Source: the human T2T-CHM13v2.0 reference genome, Homo sapiens. Taken from it: 64,000 bases of DNA. Below are positions 1-14,219 of the stretch, piece by piece. Position 1 is the first letter of the stretch. The number at the start of each line of letters is the position of its first letter. The DNA lies in NCBI RefSeq assembly GCF_009914755.1, contig NC_060927.1. One strand, given 5' to 3'. The notes under the pieces were generated by a model. The model was not told where the DNA came from and searched no databases. It saw only the letters and a list, made by a program, of their open reading frames with translations. Position numbers and translations under genes: made by a program.

Positions 1-334
1 TGTAAGAACAGCCAAAATGGAAACTTACTCCTATTCCAAATCACTAATTCAAACTTCTGCATCAAGTTTATCATCTCTAACAGATTATAGAGTAATATGT
101 TAATGGAAGTATTTTAATATGTAACTAGGGTTTTAGTTTCTAGACAATAGTTGGGTATAAAAATGTGTTCACTAAAAAATTATAACAGCTAAATTGGGAT
201 TAGGTATTTAGGAGAGCATAAATCAACATAGCAATGTTTTCTTTTAAATACTAAGAATATAAGTATTGTGAATACAATAGTTAAAGGCCCGTTAAATTAG
301 TCTACAATCATTGATGTTTAGATGCCAACAATAC

Positions 335-590
335 TTAACCTTTATTGAATATTTACTGTCTGCTAAGTATTGCATAATCTCATTTAATCCTCAGAACGAA
401 CCTGTGGGCCAGTTAATCCTCAGAGCAAACCTGTTGGCCTGGTACTGATATAATTCCCATCTTCCAGGTGAAGAACATGAGGTTCAGATAAGTAAAGCAG
501 CTTACTAAAAGTCACACAACTAGTAAGTAACAGAGTAAGAAATCAAAACTCTTATGTGACACTGAGGTCTGTATTCTGAGCCATAATATG
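335..590 (-). mobile_element. MIR SINE with an internal ~29-bp tandem duplication
   Basis: MIR core-like atctcatttaatcctca...gaggttcaga...gtcacacaactagtaagt; ttaatcctcagaacgaacctgtgggcc repeated. Confidence 0.7.
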
Positions 591-1650
591 AAGACAACAG
601 CAATGTCAGGCAAGTGTCTGTGATGGGGAAAGCTGAGTTTTGATCTTTGAGGGTGGAGGCTTTATCTGAGATTTAAGCATGAAGTCGTTTGCCTCAGTCC
701 TGAGTTATAAAAGACAGCTTGAGCAGGGTAACAGGAAAGTATATATAGGACACCTGGAGGGGTGGGGGTTGTCTGGTATGGCTGGGGGATAAGGGTCCAG
801 AGAGAACCCAGCCTGAGACCCAGGGAGGAGCCAGCTGGACGGTGTCCTAAGTGCCAAGCTGACGCATTAACATCAAACCTAATAGTGATTCAGGAATGAG
901 ATCTGTATTTTAAAATAAACAGCAGTGTGGAATGATCACTTTGGTGCGTTTGTTGGGAGAGGGGCTGTTTAGAGGTAGCAAAACTCAGAGATACACTCTA
1001 GTAACCCACAGTCCATCTAAGGAGCAGTGCAGAGGCAGAACACTGGAAATGGGCAAGAGACCATGCCGGACCCTCGTCCGTCCACTGAGGATCATCACCA
1101 GATGCTCAGCTCAAGAATCCCTTTCAGTCTAGAACTTCTGTGATCCTTCTCATGCTTAAATTGTTCATTATATGATGAATATCGTGTAAATAAGCTTTAT
1201 TAGGATTTTGAGAAGAGCACTGTGAAAAAAAAGTTGCAGATAAACTTTCTTGCAACCTACTCTGACTAGGAATTTCACCGCCTCCTTGAGTTTTTGGGAA
1301 GGCATGGCCCTCCTTTTACTGGCCAGTAGCAGTGTGACCAAGGAAGGCAGACTTCTTTGTTTCCTTATCTATAAGGTTCATTCTGAGCCCATTCCTCAAA
1401 GGGGTGTTATGAGAATTAAATAGGGGTGTTATAAGGCCAAAAAAATCAAATTCATTCCCCTTGCAATAAGATAAAAACCAGTGGTTATGAGGAATTGGAT
1501 GTATGTGCTTTCTGTCCAATGAGTTATTAATTAGGTATTCTTTTAAAAGACTGAACTCCTTTTGCAATATGTAGTTGCATGGTCACATGTGTGCTCATGC
1601 CACTTTTGTGATGGGAGAGGGGAGGACAAGGACTTCGGGGAAGTTAGTCA

Positions 1651-2056
1651 TTAGGGACTAAATGGTTGTATCTTCCCCCAAAATTCATAGGGTGAGACCC
1701 TAACCCCCAGTGGTATTTGGAGATGGGGCCTCAGGGAGGTAATTAATTAGTGTTAGATGAGGTCATGAAGGTAGTGCCCTCATAATGGGGATAATACCTT
1801 AGACACCAGAGAGCCTACCTGTACCCCCAAATTCCCCCACTACCTCCTTTCCCGACACCTGACATTCTGCACCAAGAGGTCACGTAAGCACACTGGGAGC
1901 CACGTACAAGCCAAGAGAAGAGGCCTCAGAATGAAAGCTAACTTGCTGGCACATTGATCTTAAACTTCCCAGCCTCCAGAACTGTGAGAAATAAATTTGT
2001 TGTTTAAGCCACCAGTCTGTGGTATTTTGTTATGACAGTCCAAGCAGACTAATACA
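1651..2056 (+). mobile_element. MaLR solo LTR (MLT1A-type)
   Basis: ggactaaatg...cccccaaaattcata start; cagcctccagaactgtgagaaataaa; ends gactaataca. Confidence 0.8.
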
Positions 2057-2368
2057 TAGTGTTCGCTGGAGCACCAGTAGCAAGAAGAGAGTTTGCTCAT
2101 AGATTGGTAGGACAAAGGGCTGGTTAGAGCCAGAGCCACCTCAGCCTTGATGGCACTTGGTATAAATTCAGCTCAAGCACCTTCAGAAACAACTGACAGC
2201 CTGTCCTGAAGCTGGGGAGGCAGACCCCTAAGGCTGGCCCACAGCACACACCAAAACTTGGAATGCCCACTAAGTTAGAACTAGGTGACTGCCTGGCTCC
2301 TGGGAGTGTTTCCAGTTTTTTGTTTGTTTGTTTTTGAGTACATGTTAAGTTTTGAGTATCCAAGTTAT

Positions 2369-2446
2369 ATCAGAAATCACGCCTGGATGCCCAAGGTGTT
2401 GATTCTAAATCAGAATCACTGCTGGATGCCCAAGATATTGATTCCA
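2369..2446. repeat. Two-copy ~40-bp tandem duplication
   Basis: atcagaaatcacgcctggatgcccaaggtgttgattc / atcagaatcactgctggatgcccaagatattgattc. Confidence 0.8.
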
Positions 2447-5184
2447 TCCTCATATTAACCCCAAATGTTTGTGTGGATTTTGGTTGAATTCAGTGTTTAA
2501 CTCATTAACTTGTGTCACCCAGTCTGTTTAAATTAGGGCAGGAGAATGGAAGTAAGGTATCTTGGAGCTGGTATGGACCGAGTTGGGGCCACCTGGGCTG
2601 TGGTTCTGGCCTCCACCAAGTGACCTTGGAGCTGTCACCAATAAGTGGGGGTCATTAATGTCTCCTTTGTGGGGATGTTCGGGAGATCAGGAATAATAGA
2701 TGTAAACACCTAATAGGGTGTCAACCTTGTAGACAGGAGCGTCTAGGAATGAGGAGCTGGGCTTGGTGATGCTGTGTCAAGGAAGAACACTGGCTTGTCA
2801 GGCAGATTCTGCCCTGCTTAGGTTTCTGACATTGGGCGTTAATTTCATCTATAAAATGCCTGATCTGGTCAGGAAATCTTACTTTGGTAAGATGTTAAGA
2901 ATCTGTTGAAATACGTGTAAAACCTTTATGCAAAAATGCCCAAAAGCGCATATTTTAAAAATATCCGAAAACTCAGTCCCATTCTCGCCCCAGTTAAAAA
3001 CCTCAGAACTAGATCACTTCCCAGAATTATTGTTTCCCATAGATGATTTTTTGTGAAATAAATTATTTAACTCCTCTATTGTAGTGGAAACTTCAGGCAT
3101 TTCTCCTGTCATCAATGCTTTCCCATTACTAGTTGTTACTACATGTGTTGTTTAATATGTTATTTAGCATTTAAAGCAAAGAACTTCACATCTGGATTAT
3201 TGACCACTAATTTCTAAACTTAAGGAGTAAAAGGTGGGTGAGGTTACTGTGGGTTCCAGGGCCCCAAGAATACAGGAAATAGGGTGGCCAGTTTAAAACG
3301 TTTGTTTTGCCATCAAGCTTATGAAAGAAGATCTGTACATTTCCATCATTTTTACAAATCCCCAATTTAAGGAAATAACTTTGTAAGAGAAGAGAAAGAC
3401 CCAGAGCTGTTCATGAAAACTCTGTTATTTACACAAATAAGAATGTTCGTGCTTAAATTTTTTAACATTGAAAAGGAATATGGTTTATAAGTTATGCAGT
3501 TATGTATGAAGAGTTTTCAGCTATTGTCCAATGGCAGTAGATAAAAAAAACCTAAGGTCTACAAAGAACATTGGCCTCATTCCCTGACCCCTAACCAATG
3601 TCTGTGAGCAGGAAAAGAGGAACCTCATGCCCTCAGTCTCTACTTCAGGGAAAAGTTTACGAAGATGTGGCTTGAGTCAATGAAAGAATGAGTCATTTGT
3701 CTTCAAAAGGAAAGGTCATATGGAAGTAATTCTACAAATATTTAGCTATGCATAAGTTCAGGAAAGTCATTTCACTTACTTAAGCTCAAACCTCAATCTC
3801 ACATTTTAGTATTTTACACAACTCAAAATAGCCTTTCGTATGTATGTATCAGGTTTCCCAGCATTCCAAAGCAGGAAGTGGAACATTTTTCCCAGCTTTA
3901 AAGGTAAGAGCTGACCTGAGGACAATCCTGTCAGCCCTAAAATGATCAAGGTGAATTCAGAGTAAGCAAATCTAGAGTTTGGAGCAGAAAACTTTATCAA
4001 CTGATACAACAGCTGGATGATAGCACACCCTTCCAGTGGCAGGGACTTGCCTAAAGCAACTGAGCATTGTGGAGAGCCTTTGAAGGCAGCCCTTAGTGTG
4101 AATGCTGACAGGTGTATGCCTCCAGGTATGACAGTAGAAGCAGAAAAGAGGCCAAAACAGGAAGAAAAAAAGGAAATTTTGGAGGACACTAGGAAGAAGA
4201 AAGCATTGGAAAAGAAAGCTGTATAACCATACCCTCAGAGATAAGCATTGCATCTACAAAACAGGATGCCACTTTGAAAAAAAATTTTTTTCCACAGAAA
4301 ATCAGGTCTTAAAAATTTTTTAATAAAAATAGAAGAAAAACAATAGAAGACATTGACAGAGAAAGTTGAGGAAATCTTGTGAAGAAGCAGAGTAAGATGG
4401 AAAAGTAGACAAAAGAGACCCAGTTCAGGGAGCCCATTATCTAAAAAATTTAGATCCCAAAAGAAATACTAGTTTTGAAAAGGGGCTGAGAACAAAATAA
4501 AAAATTCAAGCACTTTCCCAGTAAGGAAGACTATGCCACTGAAGAGGCCAAAGGAACTTCTCCTTCACCCTCTGAAAGGTCTGCTGAAAAATCAACTTGC
4601 AAAATGCAGAATAATTGGAGAAAAGGCATACAAATTTATTTAATGAGTATACACAGGAGCCTTCAGAATGAAAGCCCAAAGATCCTGGGGAAATTGTTCA
4701 CTTTGATGCTTAGGTTCAACAAAATATTGACAGCCATACTTTGATTGGCTGTGTTTATGATTGGACAAAAGGGTAAGATCAAATGCTAAGGGACTGCATG
4801 GGGAAACCCAGCAAGGTCTGTTTAGACTCTTCTTGGCCTATCCGAGCATGCAGTCCTTCCTTCTGGGTATGGGGCGGGTCTTTCTCTGGAATAGGGGTCC
4901 TCTGAGCTATAGTCCAACAAGGTAAGTCAGATCATTTCTTTGTGGCCAGTTTTTACATAGAAAGGTGGAGGGAAAGGGTAATAACTTTAGGTTTTATGGC
5001 TGGCTTTGGGGAAAAGAGGTTCTGGTTTCTGACCCACCTTGGGGAAGAGAGATTCTAGTTTCTGTGGCTAGCCTTGGGAGAGAATGGAACTGAGCGACAG
5101 GAAGGTAGGAGAAGGTCAGAAAAACTTCTGGTTCTGAGGCTGCTTCTGAGACCTTCATTCTGGGGTTTGTTTTATGAGTCCCAA

Positions 5185-6089
5185 TGTCAGAGGTGTTTGA
5201 ACCAGAGTGACTCCACCTTGAATAGGGGCTGGGTAATATAAGGCTGAGACCTGCTGGGCTGCACCCCCGGGAGGTTAGGCATTCTCAGGCACAGGATAAG
5301 ACAGGAGGACAACAGGACTGGTATCACAGATACAGGTCATAAAGACCCTGCTAATAAACAGGATGTAGTAAAGAAGCCACCAAAACCCACCAAAACCAAG
5401 ATGGCAATGAAAGTGACCTCTGGTGGTCCTCACTGCTCATTATACACTATAATATATTAGCATCGCAAATCATTCCCACCAGCACCATGACAGTTTACAA
5501 ATACCATGGCAACATCCAGAAGTTACCCTATATTGTCTAAAAAGGGAATTTTCTGGAAAACTCACGAATAATCCACCCCTTGTTTAGCGTATGATCAAGA
5601 AATAACTATAAAAATAGCTGGCCAGGCACGGTGGCTCATTCCTGTAATCCCAGTACTTTGGGAGGCAGAGGTGGGTGGATCACAAGGTCAGGAGTTCAAG
5701 ACCAGCCTGGCCAAGATGGCAAAACCCCGTCTCTACTAAAAATACAAACAAAAAGTAGCTGGGCGTGGTGGTGTGCACCTGTAATCCCAGCTACTCAGGA
5801 GGCTAAGGCAGGAGCATCACTTGAACCTGGGCGGTAGAGGTTGCAGTGAGCCAAGATCATGCCACTGCACTCCAGCCTGGGCCACAGAGCAAGACTACGT
5901 CTCAAAAAAAAAAAAAAAAAAAATAGCCAACCAGCAGCCCTCAGGGCTACTCTGTCTATGGAGTAGCCATTCTTTTGTTTCTTCTCTAATAAACTAGCTT
6001 TCACTTTATGGATTTATCCTGAATTATTTCTTGTGTGAGATCCAAGAACCGTCTCTTGGGGTCTGGATCAGGACCTCTTTCCAGTAACA
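5185..6089 (+). mobile_element. MER41 (ERV1) solo LTR containing an Alu
   Basis: tgtcagaggtgtttgaaccagagtgactcc...ccagtaaca; TSD CCAA at 5181-5184 and 6090-6093. Confidence 0.88.
5620..5923 (+). mobile_element. Full-length Alu (AluS-like)
   Basis: Dimeric Alu, poly(A) tail, TSD aaaaatagc. Confidence 0.95.
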
Positions 6090-6458
6090 CCAACGCCACC
6101 GAGTGCCAGCCCAATAAATGAAAGTCAACCCTTACAAATACACATAATTGTGAAATTTTACCATATGAAAACAAAAAGATCCTATAACCCTCCAGGGTGT
6201 GGCAGGAGAAGAGGGAACCATTTCTTAGAAAGGAACAAGAATAAGAATAGCACTGGATTGCTCAATAACACTGAAAGAAAACAAGGGAGTGATGCCTTCA
6301 AAAATCTCAACCCAGGGTTCTACATCCAGTGAAACTACTGATTGAGGGGACAGAATTAAGACAAGGTCTCAAATTTACCTCCCATTAATTATTTTGTAAG
6401 AAGCTCCAGAAAGATGTTCTGTACTAAAGCAGGGGGTACCCAAAAAAGTGTGGGGGCC

Positions 6459-6765
6459 AAGATGTAAACTTGCCTGTCACCCTCTGAAGGTTCACTGAAA
6501 ATCAGCTGACATAAGGCAGATGAATAGGAGAGAAAGCATACAAATTTATTAACGTGTACCTGTGGTCCCAGCTACTCGGGAAGCTGAGGTGGAGGATCAC
6601 TTGAGCCTGCAGTTTGAGGCTGCAGTTTGAGCTATGATCATGCCACTCTACTCCAGCCTGGGCAACAGGCAAGAATTGGTCTAAAAGAAAAAAAAAAACA
6701 AAAAACAGACTTTACAGGGTATGTCAAAGAAGTATATTTGGGGGTGAAATACTTTGGTTTTCTTC
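6459..6765 (-). mobile_element. MER34-like LTR ends flanking a plus-strand Alu right monomer (6560-6705)
   Basis: LTR 3' portion resembles 4560-4650; LTR 5' portion gaagtatatttgggggtgaaata; most of the LTR interior is missing. Confidence 0.6.
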
Positions 6766-7397
6766 AAAAGAATGGTGGAATTCTTCAAATGATATTGAAA
6801 AGCCATTTCAAATTAAGACAACAGGTTGCAGCTAACTTAGACAACTACCCATCCAGACTTGAACAGGTTAGAGGCTCTGGGAACAAATTCTTCAAGAAGA
6901 TGAAATTGATAGGCAATATATGTATTTGAACATATTGAGAGAAAAGAAATTGATGTATCTGGGAGAAGAGTTTGGAATAGCTGGGCAACAAAATAATCAT
7001 AGCACATCTTCTAAACTGAGAAATCAATAGATGACTAGACTACATATGACAGTAATGTTTCATCAAGGTCAAATTCTCGTGTCATTATTGTTAGGTGACA
7101 TACTATCTGCAGCTAACTCAGTTCAGAAACAGGAGAGAGAAAGCAAGTGTGAATCTAGATAAGGATATACAGGTGTTCACTATATTCTTCCTCTAACTGA
7201 AGATTTAAGTAAAATAAACCATTGAGAGGTGAGAGTATTATAACTGTATTATTTCAAGACATGGAAGTAGATCTCCATGCTTATCAGTTAGCTTAAATTG
7301 TTTTGTTTATTTATTTAATTTTGAGGTGGGGTCTCATTATGTTATGCAGACTAGGCTCAAGCAATTCTTCCACCTCAGCCTCCAGAGTAGCTGGGAC

Positions 7398-8013
7398 TGT
7401 TACCAGAAAAGGGGTTTTGTCCCAGGGCCCAAGAGTGGGTTCTCAGATCTCGCATGGGAAAGAATTCAGGGCCAGTCACATAGTAAAGTTAAAATAGTTT
7501 ATTAGAAACTACTCTGTGACAGAGTAGGGTGTCCTCAGAAAGCAAGACGAAGAATGCGCCTACCTTAACCCATTTATGCCTCAGGTTGCAATTTTTTGAA
7601 TTTTTGCAATCAGACCTTGGTGATGACCTTGAGCAGTAGGATATAAATAACTCTCGCATGCTTAGCGTTCCAATAATGGAACATTAGGTATAAATGGATT
7701 TAAACAAGAATGCTTGCTTATATAGGAATATTAGGCCTATAGTGCAGTTTATTATAAAGGCTTGTGACAGGCTGTTAGTATGGTTATTCTCTTGTGTAAC
7801 TTCTGATCTTGGCAAGAATTTATGAGTGTACTATTATCTTTAGAGGAAAACATATTTTTTAAACTAAGAATGCCTTTTTCCACTAACTTGTTTCCTCAAC
7901 CATAAACATCTTGTGATTAAGAGTGCCTAACTTCCTGGGAATATAATGCATCAGGTCTTGCTTTATCCAGCCTTTATTCAAGATAGAGTCACTCTGGTTG
8001 GGATGCCTCTGAC
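7398..8013 (-). mobile_element. MER41-group solo LTR inserted in an Alu monomer fragment (7300-7397)
   Basis: tgttaccagaaaagggg...ggatgcctctgaca is the reverse complement of a MER41-type LTR. Confidence 0.75.
7569..7699. mobile_element. MER85 piggyBac (PGBD3-derived) MITE
   Basis: TTAA TSDs at 7565-7568 and 7700-7703; TIRs cccatttatgcct / aggtataaatgg; internal palindrome gttccaataatggaac. Confidence 0.92.
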
Positions 8014-8344
8014 AGAGCTATAGGGGCCCAGCTATACTAAATGTTTTTAAGTCGTTGCTCATGGGAATGAGAAATTAGCATGTTGGGATGGTGAGAGGAA
8101 GAACCACTGATGATTTTCATAACTAGCTTTGGACAGTAATTTGATGGTTGAACTCTGAAATATATATCTTTGATTAAAAATAAAAACTAAACTATAAAAA
8201 AAATTAAGGAGAAATTAAAAATCAGTAAAACCGAAACAAAAATTAGCAGCTTTTGTACATGCAATGCAAACAATGTGTGGTAAATATAATAGAAAAAAAG
8301 GCAACATTAAATTGGTTAAAAAAAAATTCAGAAACAATTTTTTT

Positions 8345-10186
8345 TTAACCAATTGAATGTTGCCTTTCCAAAACTACCTATGGCCTGCCTCACCTCCATC
8401 CTGTGCCTATAAAGACCCCAGACTCAGTTGGTAGAGGAGAGAGAGGTGGCTTGATTTTAGTGAGGTGGCTTCACTTCAGTGAGGCAGCTTGACATCAGAG
8501 AGACAGCCTGACTTCAGAGAAGAGCTGGCCAGACTTTGGGGAAGAGATGCTGGATTTCAGGGGAAGACTACCTGCCCATCCCATCCCCTCTTCAGCTCCC
8601 CCTCTCTGCTGAGAGCCATTTCCATCTCTCTTAATAAAATTGTCTGCCTTCACCATCCTTCAAGTGTTCATGCAACTTCATTCTTCTTGGACACTGGACA
8701 AGAGCTTGGGACCCACCAAACTGCAGGGACCCACAAAAAGTCTGTCACACCAATGGAGGAAGTAGACTGCCAAGGTCAACAGGTTTATGTTGATCAGCCT
8801 GAGAACCAGCAGCCATGACCACATGTGTAAGCAGGCTGTGAAAGGAGCTCATTTGCTCCTCTGGGGGAAGGGGAGCTTACTTTTCCGCACAGGGACCATC
8901 CACATCTGATGAGCAGGCCATCCCTCCAGCCTTACGTCATGGCTGAGTTCCTTAACAGCAGAAAGTTCGTTTGGCCTTTTTGTGGACAGAGATGGGAGTT
9001 ACAATGGTCTAAACTGAATGAAATGCAGCAAGTAAGCCCTTCCGGGACCATTTCCCCTGAAGCCAAAAACCTTATTATGAACAATTTTCCAGAGGGTAGC
9101 TTGGGAAAGAATAATGATTACCAGTTTGATTTTTTTTTTTTTTTTTGAGACAGGATCTCACTCCTGTCACCTAGGCTGGAGTGCAGTGACGTGATCACAG
9201 CTCACTGCAGCCTTGACTTCCCAGGCTCAGGTGATCCTCCCACTGCAGCCTCCTGAGTAGCTGGGACTACAGGCATGTGCCACCACAACTGGCTAATTTT
9301 TTATATTTTTAGTAGATATAGGGTTTCACCATGTTGTCCAGGCTGGTCTTGAACTCCTGGGCTCAAGCAATCTGCCTGCCTCAGCCTCCTAAAGTGCTGG
9401 GATTACAGGTGTGAGCCACTGCACCCAGCCCGGTTTTGAATTTTATAAAAAATGTTTTCTCCATTTCCCATGACAAGTTCATTCTGAATCCCACTGAATT
9501 GGGAAGAGTCTTTGGCTCATAAATCAACTATGTAATCTCAAGAGATTTGAATTCACACACACTTCAATTCCTATGTATTGCTATGCATTGGAGACAACCT
9601 TTTTTGGCAGTCAGAAAACCTAAACACCTTGCACAAATACCAATTTTCCTTCAAATGATCTTTAGCAATATCTGTATTACAGGATCTTTGGTAAACTAGA
9701 AGCTCTTAGCAATTCCTTTTCATGCTAGGTTTGAATTTTATTTTTTTTGTTTAATACATGAGATGGACTAGAGTCAACTTTGCCCTTGCCGGTGGAGGGC
9801 AGCCACCCCATGCAAGGAGGCAAGGGGCCAACTGAGCTGTTAATACACAGCCGTCCATGGACAGCAGAACTAAAGGAGCATTGTTATACCCACTCTGGGG
9901 CCTCAAGGTCGCAGGCAGCCCCCTACAACCTGGGCACCGCTGCACGGAGCTTTCTCCCGCTGGTGTCTGGAGTGACCAGCTGGGTCCTGCACTCACTCAC
10001 TTGCACCTGGTCTGGCTGTAGGCCCCACCTAGAGCTTGTTCCTAGGTCAGCGCCCGGAGTGGCCAGTCAGATCCTGCACTTGCTCACTCACATGATCCTT
10101 CCTGCAAGGGGTTGAGCATGGTGAGTGGAGTAAACGTTCACCCTTGTCACAAGTTCAATGAAGGGGCCGAGAAAAATTATGCACTA
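8345..10186 (+). mobile_element. 5'-truncated ERV1 LTR (LTR27/LTR28/MER52 group) split by a ~1-kb insertion (LTR parts 8345-8750 and 9782-10186)
   Basis: ctgtgcctataaagaccccagac TATA region and aataaaa poly(A) signal; resumes at gcccttgccggtggagggcag and ends aaggggccgagaaaaattatgc. Confidence 0.72.
8751..9781 (+). repeat. Duplicated segment, copy 1 (includes minus-strand AluJ-like 9130-9431)
   Basis: Colinear with 11541-12700; 8 mismatches in the first 110 nt by hand count. Confidence 0.95.
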
Positions 10187-10189
10187 TTG

Positions 10190-10530
10190 CCATGCCAGTG
10201 CTATGAGCATTGTACTTGACTCTCACATCTCTCTTACCACACTACTTCTAATTTACTGTATTCTATTACTTCTACATCTTCAATATCTCTAACAATCTAT
10301 GTCTGGTACACCTACTGTCATGTGGGCCTCTAACATGTCTTCCATGGGTCAATGCAACAGGATCCTGACTGGTCTTCCTGCTTCTGATATAGGCTGAATC
10401 CAACCCCTTCTTCATGGAGTAGTATTTCTACTGCCCATCAGTGATTCCACTGCTCTTAGGACCAAGTCCAATGCCTCATCTTGGATTGTGAGGCCCTTTG
10501 TGATCTGGCCCCTTCTTTGTCTGGCATCAT
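10190..10530 (+). mobile_element. L2 fragment
   Basis: ctgactggtcttcctgcttc...ccactgctcttaggaccaagtcc...ggccctttgtgatctggcccc is L2-like. Confidence 0.55.
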
Positions 10531-11540
10531 CTCTCCATAACAGGAAACAGTAACCTTTACCAATTGACATTAAGAAAGCCACAGGTTGTGTCTGAGTCTG
10601 TACTGTGTGGGCTAGTTTCCAAAATTATGATGAGTAATTTCAGTTTCAGGCCAGTCTTCCCTGACCTCAAAATATTTCCAGAAGGCCAGCTTCTCAGCCA
10701 TTTGGGGCTGTGGGACTGGAGTTCCCAAATAAAGAGAAATGCCACCTATTGTATTTTCCTACTTCTTGCTTCTAGGCTCTTTTGTTGAAGTTGCTTCAGA
10801 CTCATCATGCACACTGTCCTCAGTGGCAATGGCTCTTAAATAAAACAGAATTTGCCAGTGTTTCTCTTTTGTTTTCTATGTAAAAACCAGCTTATTTTCT
10901 CAAGGTTTTGTGGTTGACAAAAATCCTGCCCTATCTAGTAGGAAAGGGTGGGGTTATTAGATTAAGTAAGTTGTCAGTTGAATGAACTATCTGCTCCTTA
11001 GGACAAGGACACTAGGGACCTTGTCACCTGTGCATCCTCCACAGGCATCTGTAAGGACTCCTTGAATTGTTCAGAATTGCATGTGTTCTCTGTCTCCTCT
11101 AAAATTAATCTGGTGTTCTTTCAAGTCAAATTGATCTAGTGTTGTGTTGCTTCGACTAGATATAAATAAGAAATCCTATTGATTTGATACACTCTGAAGT
11201 GTTTGGAGAGCAAAGACACCACTGAACAGGAAGGAAGTATTTTAAGCCCCTCAGCCTACGTGCTCCACATCTGGGAAAATATTACACTGCGAGTGGCTGT
11301 TTCTTCCTCATTTCTTATCTTCTAGATGTTGTTTGTCTCAAACTTTGCCAGCAAAAGGAAAGTTAAAAATAGAATAAAGAAAATTCCCTTAGCATGTGAA
11401 GATCACAACATATTATGGATTTGCCCGCTAAATTATTTATTCCTTTAAGATTAAATTAGTCCAGCTGTCTTAGAGGGCTGGAAGAAGACCTCTTGCAGAA
11501 AGGTTTCTACTGGATTTAGAATTTAGAATCTGACTTCAAC

Positions 11541-12700
<1,160 letters not shown>

Positions 12701-12735
12701 TTTCCTTCACCAAACAAGATATATAAAATCACTAT

Positions 12736-13294
12736 TGTGAATGGAAAATAAATTTTGGGACCCCCAAATCACTAAGCCAAAAGGGAAAGTCAAGCTGAGA
12801 CTTTTGCTTAGTGCAAACCTGCTTCCCATTCTATTCCTTAAAAAGATAGCTACTAAGACAAAAAAGCTATGTACCTCCCTCACAATTTGTCCACAGGAAA
12901 ATTCCTTGTGGACAAAGGACAGACAGAATTCAAAGTCTTCCCTCTGCTCATTGAGATAAGTGCATATCTGATTGCTTACTTTGGAAAGGCTAACCAGAAA
13001 CTCAAAAGAACGCAACCATTTGTTTCTTATCTATTTATAACCTGGAAGCCCCCTCCCCGCTTCAAGTTGTCCCACCTTTCCGGACTGAACCAATGTACAT
13101 CTTACATATATTGATTGATATCTCATGTCCCCCTAAAATGTATAAAACCAAACTGTGCCCCAACCACCTTGGGCACATGTCGTCAGGACCTCCCGAGGCT
13201 GTGTCACAGGCATGTCCTTAACCTTGGCAAAAGACAAAACAAAACAAAACTTTCTAAATTGACTGAGACTTGTCTCAGGTATTTGGGGTTCACA
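12736..13294 (+). mobile_element. MER4-type ERV1 solo LTR
   Basis: tgtgaatggaaaataaattttgggacccc...ggttcaca; TSD CTAT on both sides. Confidence 0.85.
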
Positions 13295-13444
13295 CTATGC
13301 TCCCTTAATTATCATAGTGGACAATTGTTTGGGGCTGCTCAGCATCCATCTCTATTTCTAATAATGTCCCAAGTCTTTTTCTCCCCACTGAGTGTGAGTT
13401 TGGTGAGAGGGTGACCTCTGAAACTGTGAGGACCAAGGGGCTAC

Positions 13445-14219
<775 letters not shown>

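Larger units (their letters stand above)
4540..6095 (-). mobile_element. ERV1 solo LTR (MER39/MER34-like), interrupted near its 5' end by MER41
   Basis: TG...CG (CA) termini; 4-bp TSD CCAC at 4536-4539 and 6096-6099; body 4540-5184 plus 6090-6095. Confidence 0.7.

Noticed and set aside
1-330. Possible 3' flank of DNAJC13
   Set aside because: Suggested only by recalled gene order; no exon is recognisable in the window
3806-4253. Overlapping ORFs on both strands
   Set aside because: Low-complexity A/T-rich ancient L1-like sequence; no splice or domain support
8751-9781. Duplicated segment as a processed pseudogene or L1 transduction
   Set aside because: No poly(A), no TSD, no splicing relative to the donor; ORFs differ between the copies
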